A stretch of DNA of 64,000 bases from Deltaproteobacteria bacterium (GTDB taxonomy: Bacteria; Myxococcota_A; Polyangia; Polyangiales; Ga0077539), in contig JADJAE010000165.1 in NCBI GenBank assembly GCA_016704445.1, positions 82,037-146,036 on the forward strand, in the 5' to 3' direction. The notes beneath the pieces are model-generated. The model was not told the origin of the DNA. It saw only the letters and a program-made list of their open reading frames with translations, and did no database searches. The position numbers were made by a program, and so were the translations under genes. Shown piece after piece: positions 1 through 9,831 of the stretch (position 1 is its first letter; the number at the start of each line of letters is the position of its first letter).

Positions 1-467
1 GACGCTCCACGGCCCTCATCACCGCGCTCCGCCCGGACTACGTCGGCGACGATCGCATCGCGCCGGACTTCAACCTCCGCGACCGCGCGGGGCGCTCCGT
101 GCGCCTGAGCTCCCTGCGCGGCCGCACGGTGGTGCTGCACTTCTGGTCGAAGGAGTGCCCCCCCTGCATCGAGGAGCTGGCGGAGTCGCTTCCCGCCTTC
201 GACGAGCTGGTGCAGGGCTCCCCCGAGCTCGCGCTGGTGCTGGTCACCGTCGACCCCGACTGGGAGAGCATCGCCCCGCTCATTCCGCCGTCGATGCGCG
301 CGCCGATCCTCTTCGACCCCGACCGCAGCGTGGTCGAGCGGCGCTACGGCACCAAGCTCTTCCCCGAGACGTGGATCATCGACCCCCGCGGCGTGATTCG
401 CGCCCGCTTCGACCGCACGCTCGAGTGGACCAACCCCGCGCTGCTCTCCTTCGTCCGCTCGTTCTGA
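1..467 (+). CDS. Thioredoxin-like (TlpA/ResA/AhpC-TSA family) protein, 5' end outside the window
   Basis: Frame 3 is open from base 3. Translation ...RSVRLSSLRGRTVVLHFWSKECPPCIEEL has a CPPC redox motif in redoxin-fold context. Stop at 465-467. Confidence 0.75.
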   Translation, partial: RSTALITALRPDYVGDDRIAPDFNLRDRAGRSVRLSSLRGRTVVLHFWSKECPPCIEELAESLPAFDELVQGSPELALVLVTVDPDWESIAPLIPPSMRAPILFDPDRSVVERRYGTKLFPETWIIDPRGVIRARFDRTLEWTNPALLSFVRSF

Positions 468-533
468 TCGGGCGCGGCGCGTTCGGGCGCCGGTGCTTGA
501 CCCCACGCGGAGGCCCTTCTACACCGCTGCCCC

Positions 534-1793
534 ATGCATCCGGTCATGATCACGGTCCCAGGGTGGGCGTTCAAGTTCATCGTCCCCGCCCTCATCCTGT
601 GGGGGCTCTACTCCATCGTCGTCAACGTCAACCGCAGCGGCTCCGCTCCAGCGAAGAAGCCCGCGGAAGGTGACGCGAAGGACGCGGCCGCCGACAAGGG
701 CCCCATCGCCGACTCGCCCGCCAACGCGCTGCTCTCCGTCGCCATCGGCATCGGGGTGTTCGCCTACGCCGCCCCGCTCGGCCTCCACGGCTCCAACGGC
801 GAGAAGGCCCTCCAGGTGATCAAGGGCTTCGCCCGCGGCCCCATCTGGAAGGGCGTCTGGGAGTCGCTGCCCATCTACTCGTACGGCGTGATGCTCGGCC
901 TCTCGCTCGTGGTCGGCTGGTACGTCGTGCTCGGCCTCACCGACCGGCAGGGCCTCCCCCGCGACAAGATGGCCGACTGCTATGTCTTCACGGCCTTCAT
1001 GGCCGTCGTCGGCGCGCGGGTGCTCTACTTCCTCACCAACCTCGACGAGTTCTCCTCGCCGCTGCAGATCCTCCAGCTCCGCTCCGGCGGGCTCGTGGCC
1101 TACGGCGGCTTCCTCGGCGGCCTGCTGGGCAGCGCGATCTACCTCTACCGCAACGGCTTCTCGCTCTGGAAGTGGGCCGACGCCGCGGTGCCCGCGCTCG
1201 GCTCCGGGCTCATGATCACCCGCCTCGGCTGCTACATGTACGGCTGCGACTTCGGCGAGCCGCTCCCGGCCCGCGCGCCCGCGTGGCTGAAGTTCCTCGG
1301 CACCTTCCCCCACTGGCACGACGGGCACGGCGCCCCCGCCTGGCAGCAGCACGTGCGCCTCGGGTTCCGCGCGACCCGCGACGTCTGCGAGCGCGCCTAC
1401 CACGGCCTCTTCAACACCGCCGACGGGCTCTGCCACATCGCGCCCACCACCGAGCACTCGGTGCCCGTGCACCCGACGCAGCTCTACGAGTCGCTGCTCG
1501 GCCTCTGCATCTTCGCGACGCTCCTCTTCATGTGGCGCCGCCGCCAGTGGGAGGGCCAGATCTTCATCACCTTCTGGATCGTCTACGGCATCGGCCGAGG
1601 GCTCCTCGAGGTCATCCGCGACGACGCCGAGCGCGGCACCGTGGGCAGCCTCTCCACCTCGCAGTTCATCGCCATCGTCTCGATCGCGGTCTGCGTGCCC
1701 CTCTACCTCTACCGCCGCAAGACCGCCGAGCGCGCCGCGCCCGCCAACCTCTTCGCCCCCATCGAGACCCCCGCCGCCACCCCCGCCACCTGA
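534..1793 (+). CDS. lgt: Prolipoprotein diacylglyceryl transferase
   Basis: 419 aa, polytopic. Lgt signature stretches: YSYGVMLGLSLVVGWY, SGGLVAYGGFLGG, ITRLGCYMYGCDFG, HPTQLYESLLG. Confidence 0.85.
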   Translation: MHPVMITVPGWAFKFIVPALILWGLYSIVVNVNRSGSAPAKKPAEGDAKDAAADKGPIADSPANALLSVAIGIGVFAYAAPLGLHGSNGEKALQVIKGFARGPIWKGVWESLPIYSYGVMLGLSLVVGWYVVLGLTDRQGLPRDKMADCYVFTAFMAVVGARVLYFLTNLDEFSSPLQILQLRSGGLVAYGGFLGGLLGSAIYLYRNGFSLWKWADAAVPALGSGLMITRLGCYMYGCDFGEPLPARAPAWLKFLGTFPHWHDGHGAPAWQQHVRLGFRATRDVCERAYHGLFNTADGLCHIAPTTEHSVPVHPTQLYESLLGLCIFATLLFMWRRRQWEGQIFITFWIVYGIGRGLLEVIRDDAERGTVGSLSTSQFIAIVSIAVCVPLYLYRRKTAERAAPANLFAPIETPAATPAT

Positions 1794-1837
1794 GCGGCTC
1801 CCTCCCCCCCCTTCGCGCACAAATTGGGATTGTGCGG

Positions 1838-1860
1838 CCCTTGCGCCGCACGGCCTCTTG
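1838..1860 (+). terminator. Possible hairpin terminator downstream of lgt (GTGCGGC-loop-GCCGCAC)
   Basis: 7-bp perfect stem, about 45 nt after the lgt stop. No strong U-tract, as expected for a high-GC genome. Confidence 0.25.
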
Positions 1861-1971
1861 AACTCTCCTTCAAGAAGAAGCGCGCGGTTCCTGTGACTAT
1901 CCGGCCGCAGGCCCCATTGTCCTGACCTACTGCGTCGAGCCTTCGGGGTTCCCGGGAAGGTTCCGTCTCCA

Positions 1972-4122
1972 ATGCCCCATCTCATCGGCCTCCAGCTGCA
2001 CTCCGACGGGATCTCCGTTGCGGCGATGCGTCCCGACCAGACGATCGTCCTTCGCCCCGTCCACGACATGGCCAGCGTCATCCAGCGCACCAGCGGGCGC
2101 TGGAAGTGGTCGCTCGGCGTGGAGGGGCGCGAGGCCGCCGCCGTGGCCGCGGCGCACGAGCTCTTCGTCGGGCTGCAGCACGCCATGGGCGACGACCACA
2201 TCCTGGCCGGCGTCGCGGTGCCAGCGATCTGGGGTGACCGCGCCCGTCGCGACCTGCTCCTCGCGATGGAAGACACCACCGTCGAGACCATGCGTCTGGT
2301 GCGCGACACCTCCGCGCTGGCGATCGCCGCCTCGCTCAGCGACCCGACCCTGTCCGGGCTCTGCGCCGTCGCCCACGTCGGCGCCCACCAGCTGGAGATC
2401 GCCCTCGTGGACATCTCCGCCGGGACGATCCGGGTGCGAGCGCGCCAGTCCGTGGTGGGCCTCGACGGCTCCAACGTGCGCTTCGACTCGCTGGTGCAGC
2501 TCATCAACGAGGTGGCGCACTACACCGCCCGCCAGGCCGGGGTGGCTGCCTCCGAGGTACGACGGTTCATCTGCAACGGAAGGCGCTGCGCCGCCCCTGC
2601 GCTGGCCAGCGCCCTCGGCGGCGTGTGAAACATCCCCGCGCAGGTCGCTCCCGCAGGCACCATCGCCCTGGGCGCGGCCCACGTCGCCGTCGGCCTCACC
2701 GGCATGGTCCCTCCGTGGAACATCCTGGACGACCTCGACGAGCCCCCGCTCGCCGCCCTCCGCGGCTCTCCCCGCCGCCGCCCTACGCGCGTTCCGCCCC
2801 CGCAGCCGGTCGTCGAGCCGATCGAGGTCCCGGTGCTGCTGACCGAGGTGGCCCCGATCGTGGAGACGTACCGCCCGACGGCGCCGCCGCCCGAGCGCGT
2901 CGTGCTGTCGGAGACCATCGTCGAGCGTCCGCAGCCCTCCGAGCGCTACACCACGCAGCCTCCGCCGACCGCCCCGGTCGGCCGCTCGTCGGGCAGCCAC
3001 CCCCGGATCGAGGGCAGCCGCATCAGCGACCATCCCTCCTTCGCGCCCCCCTCCGGGCGCATCGCCGAGATCCCGTCCTCGGGCTCCTTCGTGGGGCTGC
3101 CCACGCTCGACTCCATCCGCGCGCTCCAGCTTCTCCACCCCGTGGAGCCCGAGGACCTCGCCCGCCCCAACCTGGCCACCCTCCTCGACCAGTTCGTCTT
3201 CCTTCGGGCGCACACCGGCACCCTCACGCTGCGCCACCGCACCGAGGAGGTGGTGCTGCACATCGAGCGCGGCGGCATCTGCCTGTCCGCCCCCGAGCGC
3301 ACCCGCGCCCTGCGCCCCTTCGACTGGCCCGACGGAACCTTCACCTGGAAGCTCGAGAAGCTCCCCTGGCAGCTGCAGAAGAGCCGCACGCCCCTCACGG
3401 CCTTCGTGGTCGCCGGGCTGCGCATCCGGCTGCGTAGCTTCGACGACGCGGTGTTCACCCAGGCGCACCTGACGAAGCTGCGCCTCGCCCCCTCGGTCAT
3501 CGACGACCGCCGCAGCCGCCTCGCCCGCCTCGGGCTGCCAGAGGCCGAGGAGCGCGCGGTGGACTACGTCATCGACGGCACGCGCAGCTTCGAGAAGATG
3601 CTCGCCGAGGGATACATCGGCCGCACCACCATGCACCGGCTGGTGGTGCTGCTCGACCTCTACGGCATCCTGCACTGGTCGCAGCCCTCGATGGCGGCCT
3701 CGGAGAACCCCGTGGAGGTCATGACCCGGCTGCTCTCGCGCATCGAGACCGCCAACCACTTCGTGGTGCTGGGCGTCCACTGGAGCGCGCCGACGGACGA
3801 GATCCGCGAGGCATGGGAGAAGATGCAGTCGACCTACGGCCTGGGCGGGAGCTGGCAGCGGCACGACCCGGCGCTGGCCGCGCGCATCCTCCAGCGGGGC
3901 GCAGCGGCGTGGGCCGTGCTGCGCAACGACGTGACCCGGGTGAAGCACCGGAGGGACGCGTACCCGGGCATGGACGAGCAGCTCCTCGCGCCGCTGGTGG
4001 AGGCGCGCGCCAAGGCCCTGGAGATGCGCGGAGAGACCAGCGAGGCGCAGCGGATGATGCGGCTACGCGGGGAGTTCCAGGTGGCGGAGACGGAGCACGA
4101 GCCGCCGAAGAGGAAGGCTTAG
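1972..4122 (+). CDS. Hsp70-family ATPase fused to a DUF4388-like middle region and a J-domain-like C-terminus, interrupted by an in-frame TGA at 2626-2628
   Basis: ORFs 1972..2628 and 2704..4122 are in the same frame. The translation reads through as ...ALASALGGV*NIPAQVAPAGTIALGAAHVAVGL, a DnaK-like C-terminal NBD motif split by the stop. The C-terminus HFVVLGVHWSAPTDEIREAWEKMQSTYGL is J-like. Confidence 0.6.
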
Positions 4123-4124
4123 CG

Positions 4125-6251
4125 CTAGCGGGTGAAGGTCAGGTTGCGCGCGGCATACGCGGACCAGTAGAGCTGCGACAGGTTGTTGTAGCGGAACTCG
4201 TTGAACACGAAGCCCGCCGCGCGAAACCCGGTCAGGTACATGTAGTAGGCCGCGCCGGTGGGGAGGTCTCGCAGCCCCATCACCCCGGACAGGTCGGGGA
4301 AGCGGAACGACCGCTCGGTGTTGCGCGCCCAGGTCTGCCAGTAGAGCACGTCGCCGCTCAGCGACAGGTTGAACATGTCCGGGTCGTTGCCGCGCTGGGC
4401 GAAGCGCACGGTGCGATCGGGGGGCAGCCGTCCGCCCTCGGTGGGCGCCTCGAACTCGGGGATGCCCACCCAGTTGTCGACGCGCACGGTGTCGTCGGGC
4501 GTGGTGATGCTGCCGATGACCACGGTGCTCGAAGGGGGCGAGAGGTACTCGGTTCCGTCGGCCTGGCGGCCGGAGGTGACGCCGTAGGTGGCGCGCACGA
4601 TCAGCCGCGCGTCGGCGAGCGCGCCGCTGAAGGGAGGCAGCGCGACCAGGTTGTAGTTGTCGCTCACGTCGCGGCCGTAGGCGGTCACGTCCGAGCGGGC
4701 GATGACCCCTTCGCCGCCGAGGTCGATGAAGCCCTCGACGCGCAGTCGGTTGGGCCCGTCGCGGCCCGCCGGCGGGAGGTTGGCCAGACGCACGTCGGTC
4801 TGGTGGTCGAGGGGGATGTTCATCGGGACCACCACGTTGGTGATCATCGCCCTGGGGGAGCCCAGCACGCCGCGAGCGACGCCCATCACGTAGGGGGTGA
4901 AGCGCGAGGGGTCGCGGTTGTTCTCGATGCCCGCGATGGCGTAGATGGCCAGCGACGCGGGGCGGGTGCTGATGGAGAAGGGATAGCCCCGGCCGCCGTA
5001 GCCGGGGTTGACGACCTCCACCACCTGGCCGCCCGCGGAGGGCTGGTTGGGGGTGGTGAGGATGTCCGCGGTGGTGGCGAACACCCGGGCCACGCGGCGC
5101 TCGCCCGCCCTCGGCTCGGGGATGTTGCGCCACGGGTTGGGCGCGAACTCGTTGGGGCCCTCCCACACCAGCTCGCCCGAGACCTGCGTGCCGTACGTCC
5201 CGCGCCCGGGGATCGACTCCGGCGGCATGCCCTCGTCGGCGCACGCGGGGATCATGTGCGCGTACAGGTAGACCGACACGTTGCGCGCGTCGAAGACCTG
5301 CACCGTCTGGCTGCTGAAGCACCGCGCGCTGATGGTGAGCGTGGTCGGCCCCCGCAGCTCGGGGAAGCCCACCGAGGCGCGGCCCCGGTCGTTGGTGCGC
5401 GTCGAGCGCGGCGGCGCCACCTGCGGGTCTTCGCCCAGGAAGACCAGCGCGTTGGGGATCGGGTCGCCGGTGTTGCCCGCGAGCACGGTGACGTTGATGT
5501 TGCCGAGGATGGGTCCGCCGCCGAGGCCGCCGCGGGCCGACTCCGCGCTGTCGGTGAAGGTGAAGGCGTCGGCGACGGCGATGCGCTCGTCGCCGGTGAC
5601 CACCGTCACGTCGACGCGGCCCTCCGGGTGCGCGGGCGTCAGGCAGGTGAGCAGCTCGGGGCCGCCGACGCGCAGCCCGGTGCAGGGGAGGCCGTCGAGG
5701 GTGACCGCGGTGGCGTCGGTGAAGCGGGTGCCGAGGCCGCGCACCGTGAGCAGGGTGTTGCCCGCGGGGGAGCCGTCGGAGGGCTCGACCTGGATGGCGT
5801 CGTAGCGATAGCCCCGAGGCAGCGTGGCCGTGCGGCCGTCGACCTCCACGGTGACGTCGACCTCGCCCGCTCGCCCCGCCGGGGGGAGCACGGTGAGCCG
5901 GCCCTGGTCGTTGGCGACCGTGTCGCGGGGCTGCACCAGCGCTCCGCCGAAGGTGACCACGGACTCCGGGGTGAAGTTGGAGCCGCGCACCACCACGCTG
6001 TTGCCGCCGGTGAAGGGGCCGTGGTCGGGCACGACGCCGACCACCACGGGGTTGGTGTTGCGCGGCACGTCGACGGTCGGCACGTCGCGAGGCGTCGAGG
6101 GCACGTCGGCCCGGATGATGCGGGGGACGTCCACGCCCGCGTCGGCGCTGCCGTCCGGCGCGGGGGCGCTGAAGGGGTCGTCGGAGCAGCCCGCGAGGAG
6201 CGCGGTCGCGATCAGGACGAGCGAACGCGAGCGATGGGCGATGGGGTCCAC
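4125..6251 (-). CDS. Lipoprotein with IPT/TIG domains
   Basis: N-terminus MDPIAHRSRSLVLIATALLAGCSDD gives a signal peptide plus lipobox. Repeated IPT-like segments (PDHGPFTGGNSVVVRGSNF...). 708 aa with coding-like composition. Confidence 0.75.
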   Translation of the reverse strand: MDPIAHRSRSLVLIATALLAGCSDDPFSAPAPDGSADAGVDVPRIIRADVPSTPRDVPTVDVPRNTNPVVVGVVPDHGPFTGGNSVVVRGSNFTPESVVTFGGALVQPRDTVANDQGRLTVLPPAGRAGEVDVTVEVDGRTATLPRGYRYDAIQVEPSDGSPAGNTLLTVRGLGTRFTDATAVTLDGLPCTGLRVGGPELLTCLTPAHPEGRVDVTVVTGDERIAVADAFTFTDSAESARGGLGGGPILGNINVTVLAGNTGDPIPNALVFLGEDPQVAPPRSTRTNDRGRASVGFPELRGPTTLTISARCFSSQTVQVFDARNVSVYLYAHMIPACADEGMPPESIPGRGTYGTQVSGELVWEGPNEFAPNPWRNIPEPRAGERRVARVFATTADILTTPNQPSAGGQVVEVVNPGYGGRGYPFSISTRPASLAIYAIAGIENNRDPSRFTPYVMGVARGVLGSPRAMITNVVVPMNIPLDHQTDVRLANLPPAGRDGPNRLRVEGFIDLGGEGVIARSDVTAYGRDVSDNYNLVALPPFSGALADARLIVRATYGVTSGRQADGTEYLSPPSSTVVIGSITTPDDTVRVDNWVGIPEFEAPTEGGRLPPDRTVRFAQRGNDPDMFNLSLSGDVLYWQTWARNTERSFRFPDLSGVMGLRDLPTGAAYYMYLTGFRAAGFVFNEFRYNNLSQLYWSAYAARNLTFTR

Positions 6252-6315
6252 CGAGCCAGTATCGGGCGGTGGGCCTGGGGGCGCAATCGTGTGCGAAAGG
6301 GGGAGAGGCGCCGGG

Positions 6316-8343
6316 TCAGCGCACAGGGACGAGGTTGGTTCCGCCGGCGTAGGCGTAGGAGACGAAGCGATCGAAGCCCGAGACGAGGACCATCACGCCC
6401 TCGGCGGGGCGGTCGGAGGGGGTGACCGAGCGCACCACGTGGACGCCATCCCCCTGGCGCCCGGCGGTGATCTCCGGGGGCATGCGGGTGTTGTCGATGC
6501 GCGGAAACGAGAGCTGGCAGCGGTAGGTCACGTAGACGGGCGGCGGACACTGGTTGGTGCGCGTCTCGACGCAGCCGTCGGAGCGGCTGCGGGTGCAGTC
6601 GGAGAAGTCGCTCACGTCGGTCTCGTCGAGGAAGACCCGCACGTCGGGGCGCGCCACGATCTGCACGAAGTCGAAGCTGTACTTGTTGGGCGTGAGGAAG
6701 ACGTACTCCGTGCGCCACTGCTCGACCGGCGGGACGATGATGAGCGCGGGGTCGCCGCCGGGCAGGGTGAAGGGGATGCCCGTGGTCGACTGCGATCCCT
6801 GGAGCTGCGCCACGGAGACGGGCGCGTCGGAGCGGATCTGGAAGTCGGCGAGCGCTCGGATGTCCTGGTAGCCGCCCTCCTCGAGGTCGAACTCCACCTT
6901 CGGCCCGGCGGGCATGCTGATGTCCTCGGGCAGCGTGGTGACCACGTGCACGATGCGCGACGAGACGTTGAGCACCCGGAACCACTCGGGCTCGTTGACC
7001 TCCGCCACCGAGGCCCCGGCGAGGTTGACCGCGCGGGTGCGGGTCGGCGTGCGGGAGGCGACGTAGTTCTGGCCCGCGGTGTTGGCCGGGAAGAGCTGCT
7101 CCTCGATGTGGTCGCACGCGGGCTGCCGCTCGGCGGTGGTGCGCCAGAACGGGACGTCGGTGCACTCGGTTCCGGAGAAGACCGCCACCGGGCCGTCGGG
7201 CGCGATGAGGCTGCCGGTGAAGTCCGCGAGGAAGGCCCCGGTCTCCAGGTTGAGCACGTCGAAGGGGCCGAGCACCACGTCGAAGGGGGTGCCCGCGGGG
7301 TGGCGCTCGCGGAAGGGCCCGCCGGGGATGATGTCCGCCGTCGGCGTCACGCGAACCCGGGTGTTGGCGCGCGTCCCGACGATGGTCATGAACGCCCGGA
7401 TCTCCTCGCCGCCGTTGGTGTCGGGGTTGGTCGTGCGCGACCACTGCTGCGGATAGCCCAGGAAGCGGTAGTTGCCGCCGAGGGAGTTGGTGGGCACCAG
7501 CAGCGACGCGTCGTTGGAGAACACCCCGACGTTGGAGAGCGGGTTGAACTGGTACGCGATCACCGGGTAGTTCGACGTGACCCGGTAGGCGCGCGACGAG
7601 AGGCAGGTGCCGGTGCCGTCGTTGAGCCCCGCCACCGACGAGCAGTCGACCTCGCGCGCGGGCAGCTCGAGCACCTCGAGGTCGCGCGGCGGGATCACCC
7701 GGGTCTCGATGCGCTCGATGACCGGCGGCATGCCTTGCGGCGCCGTGTTGCGCGACACCTCGATGCGCACCGTGAGCACCGGGTCGGGGTTGGACACCAC
7801 GATGGCGTACTGCTGCGACGCGGCCGAGCGCCCGCCCGTCTCCACGATGTTGTCGAGGTCGACGCCGTAGTACTCGCAGCCGATGTTGGTGTGCAGCACC
7901 GAGTCGTCGGTGCAGAGCACCACGCACTGCCCCCGGCGGCACGCCTCGCCCCGGGTGGTGTTGCAGTCCCGCAAAGGGTCGTAGCCAGATCCGTCCGCGC
8001 GGCACTGCTCGACCCCGAGGGAGTTCTCGGTGCAGCGCAGCTCCCCCGGGCGGCACGCCACGCACCAGAGCCGGTCGTCGCAGACCAGGCCGCGAGGGAG
8101 GCACTCGTCCTCGATCACCTGCGTGAGCTCGCCGGAGGCCGCGCAGCGCTGGTGGATGTTCTGGTAGCAGCGCTCCTGGCCGGGGACGCACTCGATCCAC
8201 TGCCGGGGGTCTTGCATCGGGCGCACCCGCGCGTCGACCCTACCGCCGTCCTCGGTGCTCCGGGTCGTGTCCGAGCACGCCGCCAGGGTGAGCACCAGCA
8301 TCGCGCCGCGGAGACCCGCACTGCCACTTCGCATCATCGACAT
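6316..8343 (-). CDS. Cysteine-rich lipoprotein (hypothetical, large secreted beta-rich protein)
   Basis: ATG at 8343 gives MSMMRSGSAGLRGAMLVLTLAACSD (lipobox), preceded by a GGAAGG RBS. About 20 Cys in the N-terminal 150 aa. 64-bp gap to the downstream IPT lipoprotein on the same strand, so likely an operon. Confidence 0.7.
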   Translation of the reverse strand: MSMMRSGSAGLRGAMLVLTLAACSDTTRSTEDGGRVDARVRPMQDPRQWIECVPGQERCYQNIHQRCAASGELTQVIEDECLPRGLVCDDRLWCVACRPGELRCTENSLGVEQCRADGSGYDPLRDCNTTRGEACRRGQCVVLCTDDSVLHTNIGCEYYGVDLDNIVETGGRSAASQQYAIVVSNPDPVLTVRIEVSRNTAPQGMPPVIERIETRVIPPRDLEVLELPAREVDCSSVAGLNDGTGTCLSSRAYRVTSNYPVIAYQFNPLSNVGVFSNDASLLVPTNSLGGNYRFLGYPQQWSRTTNPDTNGGEEIRAFMTIVGTRANTRVRVTPTADIIPGGPFRERHPAGTPFDVVLGPFDVLNLETGAFLADFTGSLIAPDGPVAVFSGTECTDVPFWRTTAERQPACDHIEEQLFPANTAGQNYVASRTPTRTRAVNLAGASVAEVNEPEWFRVLNVSSRIVHVVTTLPEDISMPAGPKVEFDLEEGGYQDIRALADFQIRSDAPVSVAQLQGSQSTTGIPFTLPGGDPALIIVPPVEQWRTEYVFLTPNKYSFDFVQIVARPDVRVFLDETDVSDFSDCTRSRSDGCVETRTNQCPPPVYVTYRCQLSFPRIDNTRMPPEITAGRQGDGVHVVRSVTPSDRPAEGVMVLVSGFDRFVSYAYAGGTNLVPVR

Positions 8344-8420
8344 CCTTCCAGAGCCCGGCGCCGGGTCGCTTCTGCCCCCGCGGTGTGCCGGGGCAGTATC
8401 AGCGCGCTCCGGCGGCCCGA

Positions 8421-9167
8421 TCAATCCCCGACTTCCGTCGGGTCATGCATCGCCCCGCTGCGCACCGACACGTCCAGCAGGTCGCGGCTGGCGTCAAGCA
8501 GCGCCCGGTACGCCGCGTAGAGCGAGAACTGCACCGTCACCCTTCCCGGGGTGCGGGCCACCACCAGCGCCCGGGAGAGCGGGTCGTCGCCCTCGCCGTG
8601 CGCCTCGCAGTAGCCCGGCGAGCGGCCGTCGACGGCGGCGTCGAGGGTGGCCTCGATGCCGGAGATCACGCCTGCCTCGCGCGAAGAGAGCCGCAGCGCG
8701 CGGGTGGCGGGGTGACCGCAGCGCACGCACGCGTCGCCCCACGAGAGCGCGTCGAGGTGCTCGGCGGAGAGGGTGCACTCGTAGCCCGGGGACTCCAGCG
8801 CGCGGCGGAAGGGCACCTCGCGCACCACGCCGGAGGAGGCGTCGACGTAGATGCCGCACGCGCCGCAGCGGAGGTCGTGCACCCGAGGGCCCATCACGGG
8901 CTCGTCGGGGAGTTGCACCAGGGAGGCGCCGAGGAGCGATCCGCAGCCGGGGCACGGGGCCACGAAGGGCGTGCGGATGGACGAGAGGGTGAAGGCCGCG
9001 GGGATGGCGAGGACCCCGGCGAGGGCCCACGCCCAACCGCCCACCCCGATGGCGAGCGCGCCGGAGGCGGCGGCGAAGGAGCCTCCCACCACGGCGCGGC
9101 GGATCACCAGCGACAGGTCGCGGCGCACCTCGGTCTGATCGGGAGAACGTCGTCCTCGGAGGAGCAC
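8421..9167 (-). CDS. Hypothetical membrane protein with four Cys-x-x-Cys pairs (zinc-ribbon-like)
   Basis: 248 aa. TM-like segment AIGVGGWAWALAGVLAIPAAF. CPGCG...CGACG...CVRCG pairs. Coding-like composition, in contrast to the overlapping Arg-rich + strand ORFs. Confidence 0.4.
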   Translation of the reverse strand: MLLRGRRSPDQTEVRRDLSLVIRRAVVGGSFAAASGALAIGVGGWAWALAGVLAIPAAFTLSSIRTPFVAPCPGCGSLLGASLVQLPDEPVMGPRVHDLRCGACGIYVDASSGVVREVPFRRALESPGYECTLSAEHLDALSWGDACVRCGHPATRALRLSSREAGVISGIEATLDAAVDGRSPGYCEAHGEGDDPLSRALVVARTPGRVTVQFSLYAAYRALLDASRDLLDVSVRSGAMHDPTEVGD

Positions 9168-9186
9168 CCTGGGGGACCTCGAGGGC

Positions 9187-9678
9187 TCAGGTCGCCGAGG
9201 GCTTCTGCGCCGCGGCCACGAGCAGGTCGAGGCGCGCCAGGATCTGCCGCTGCAGGTCGGCGATCTCCTTGAGCCCGGGGTCGGCGGGGCCAGGCTCCGG
9301 GCGCGGCTTCGGGGCGAAGAGCTGCGCGGTGATCGAGGGCCCGATGGTCATCACCGTCGAGGCGATGGCCTTGCCCGCGGTGGTGCGCGCGAAGATGTCG
9401 GAGTAGCCCACGGAGAGGCAGGTGGAGATGAACACCAGGGCGTCGGCGAGGGACTTCACCTTGGGGTTCACTCCCCGCTCGGCGAGGTAGAACAGCATGG
9501 TGGCGCCGGTGAGGGTGGCGAGCGCGGCGTCCATTGGGTCGCGCGTCACGGTGGAGCGCACGGCGTCCTTCGCGGACGACCACTCGCCGGGGTCGCCCAG
9601 GATGCCCGAGAGCGCCTGCGCGGCGACCTGACCAAGCACCCGGGCGGCCTGCGGATCGATCCTCTTCTGGGCGGTCAT
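9187..9678 (-). CDS. Potassium-channel-family protein (two-TM pore domain)
   Basis: Pore helix and selectivity-filter-like ISTCLSVGYSDIF between hydrophobic helices. 163 aa. Confidence 0.65.
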   Translation of the reverse strand: MTAQKRIDPQAARVLGQVAAQALSGILGDPGEWSSAKDAVRSTVTRDPMDAALATLTGATMLFYLAERGVNPKVKSLADALVFISTCLSVGYSDIFARTTAGKAIASTVMTIGPSITAQLFAPKPRPEPGPADPGLKEIADLQRQILARLDLLVAAAQKPSAT

Positions 9679-9831
9679 CGAGGGCGCCAGGATAAGCCCA
9701 CGCCGCGGGCCGTTGCACGCGCCAAGCGGTGGGCGCGCAAGGTCTTCCTTGACAGGGCTTTGCGTTCCCGGTCATAGGCCACGGCGACCGCGCGAGAGAC
9801 CCTTTACCAGCCGCTTCGCCGAGGTGCCGAC

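Noticed and set aside
2626-2628. TGA in the Hsp70-like gene as a selenocysteine codon
   Set aside because: No SECIS-like stem-loop is evident immediately downstream, and the position is not a redox-active site. A substitution, pseudogene or readthrough explanation is preferred.
519-3948. Long - strand ORFs 519..2507 and 1927..3948 (662 and 673 aa)
   Set aside because: Antisense to lgt and the Hsp70-like gene. Arg/Gly/Ala-rich low-complexity translations typical of GC-rich shadow frames, with no motifs.
3813-8520. + strand ORFs 3813..6425 and 5824..8520 and - ORFs 4063..5322 and 6212..8200
   Set aside because: They overlap the two lipoprotein genes on the opposite or alternative frames. The composition is non-protein-like (poly-Arg/Gly/His) and no start context is credible.
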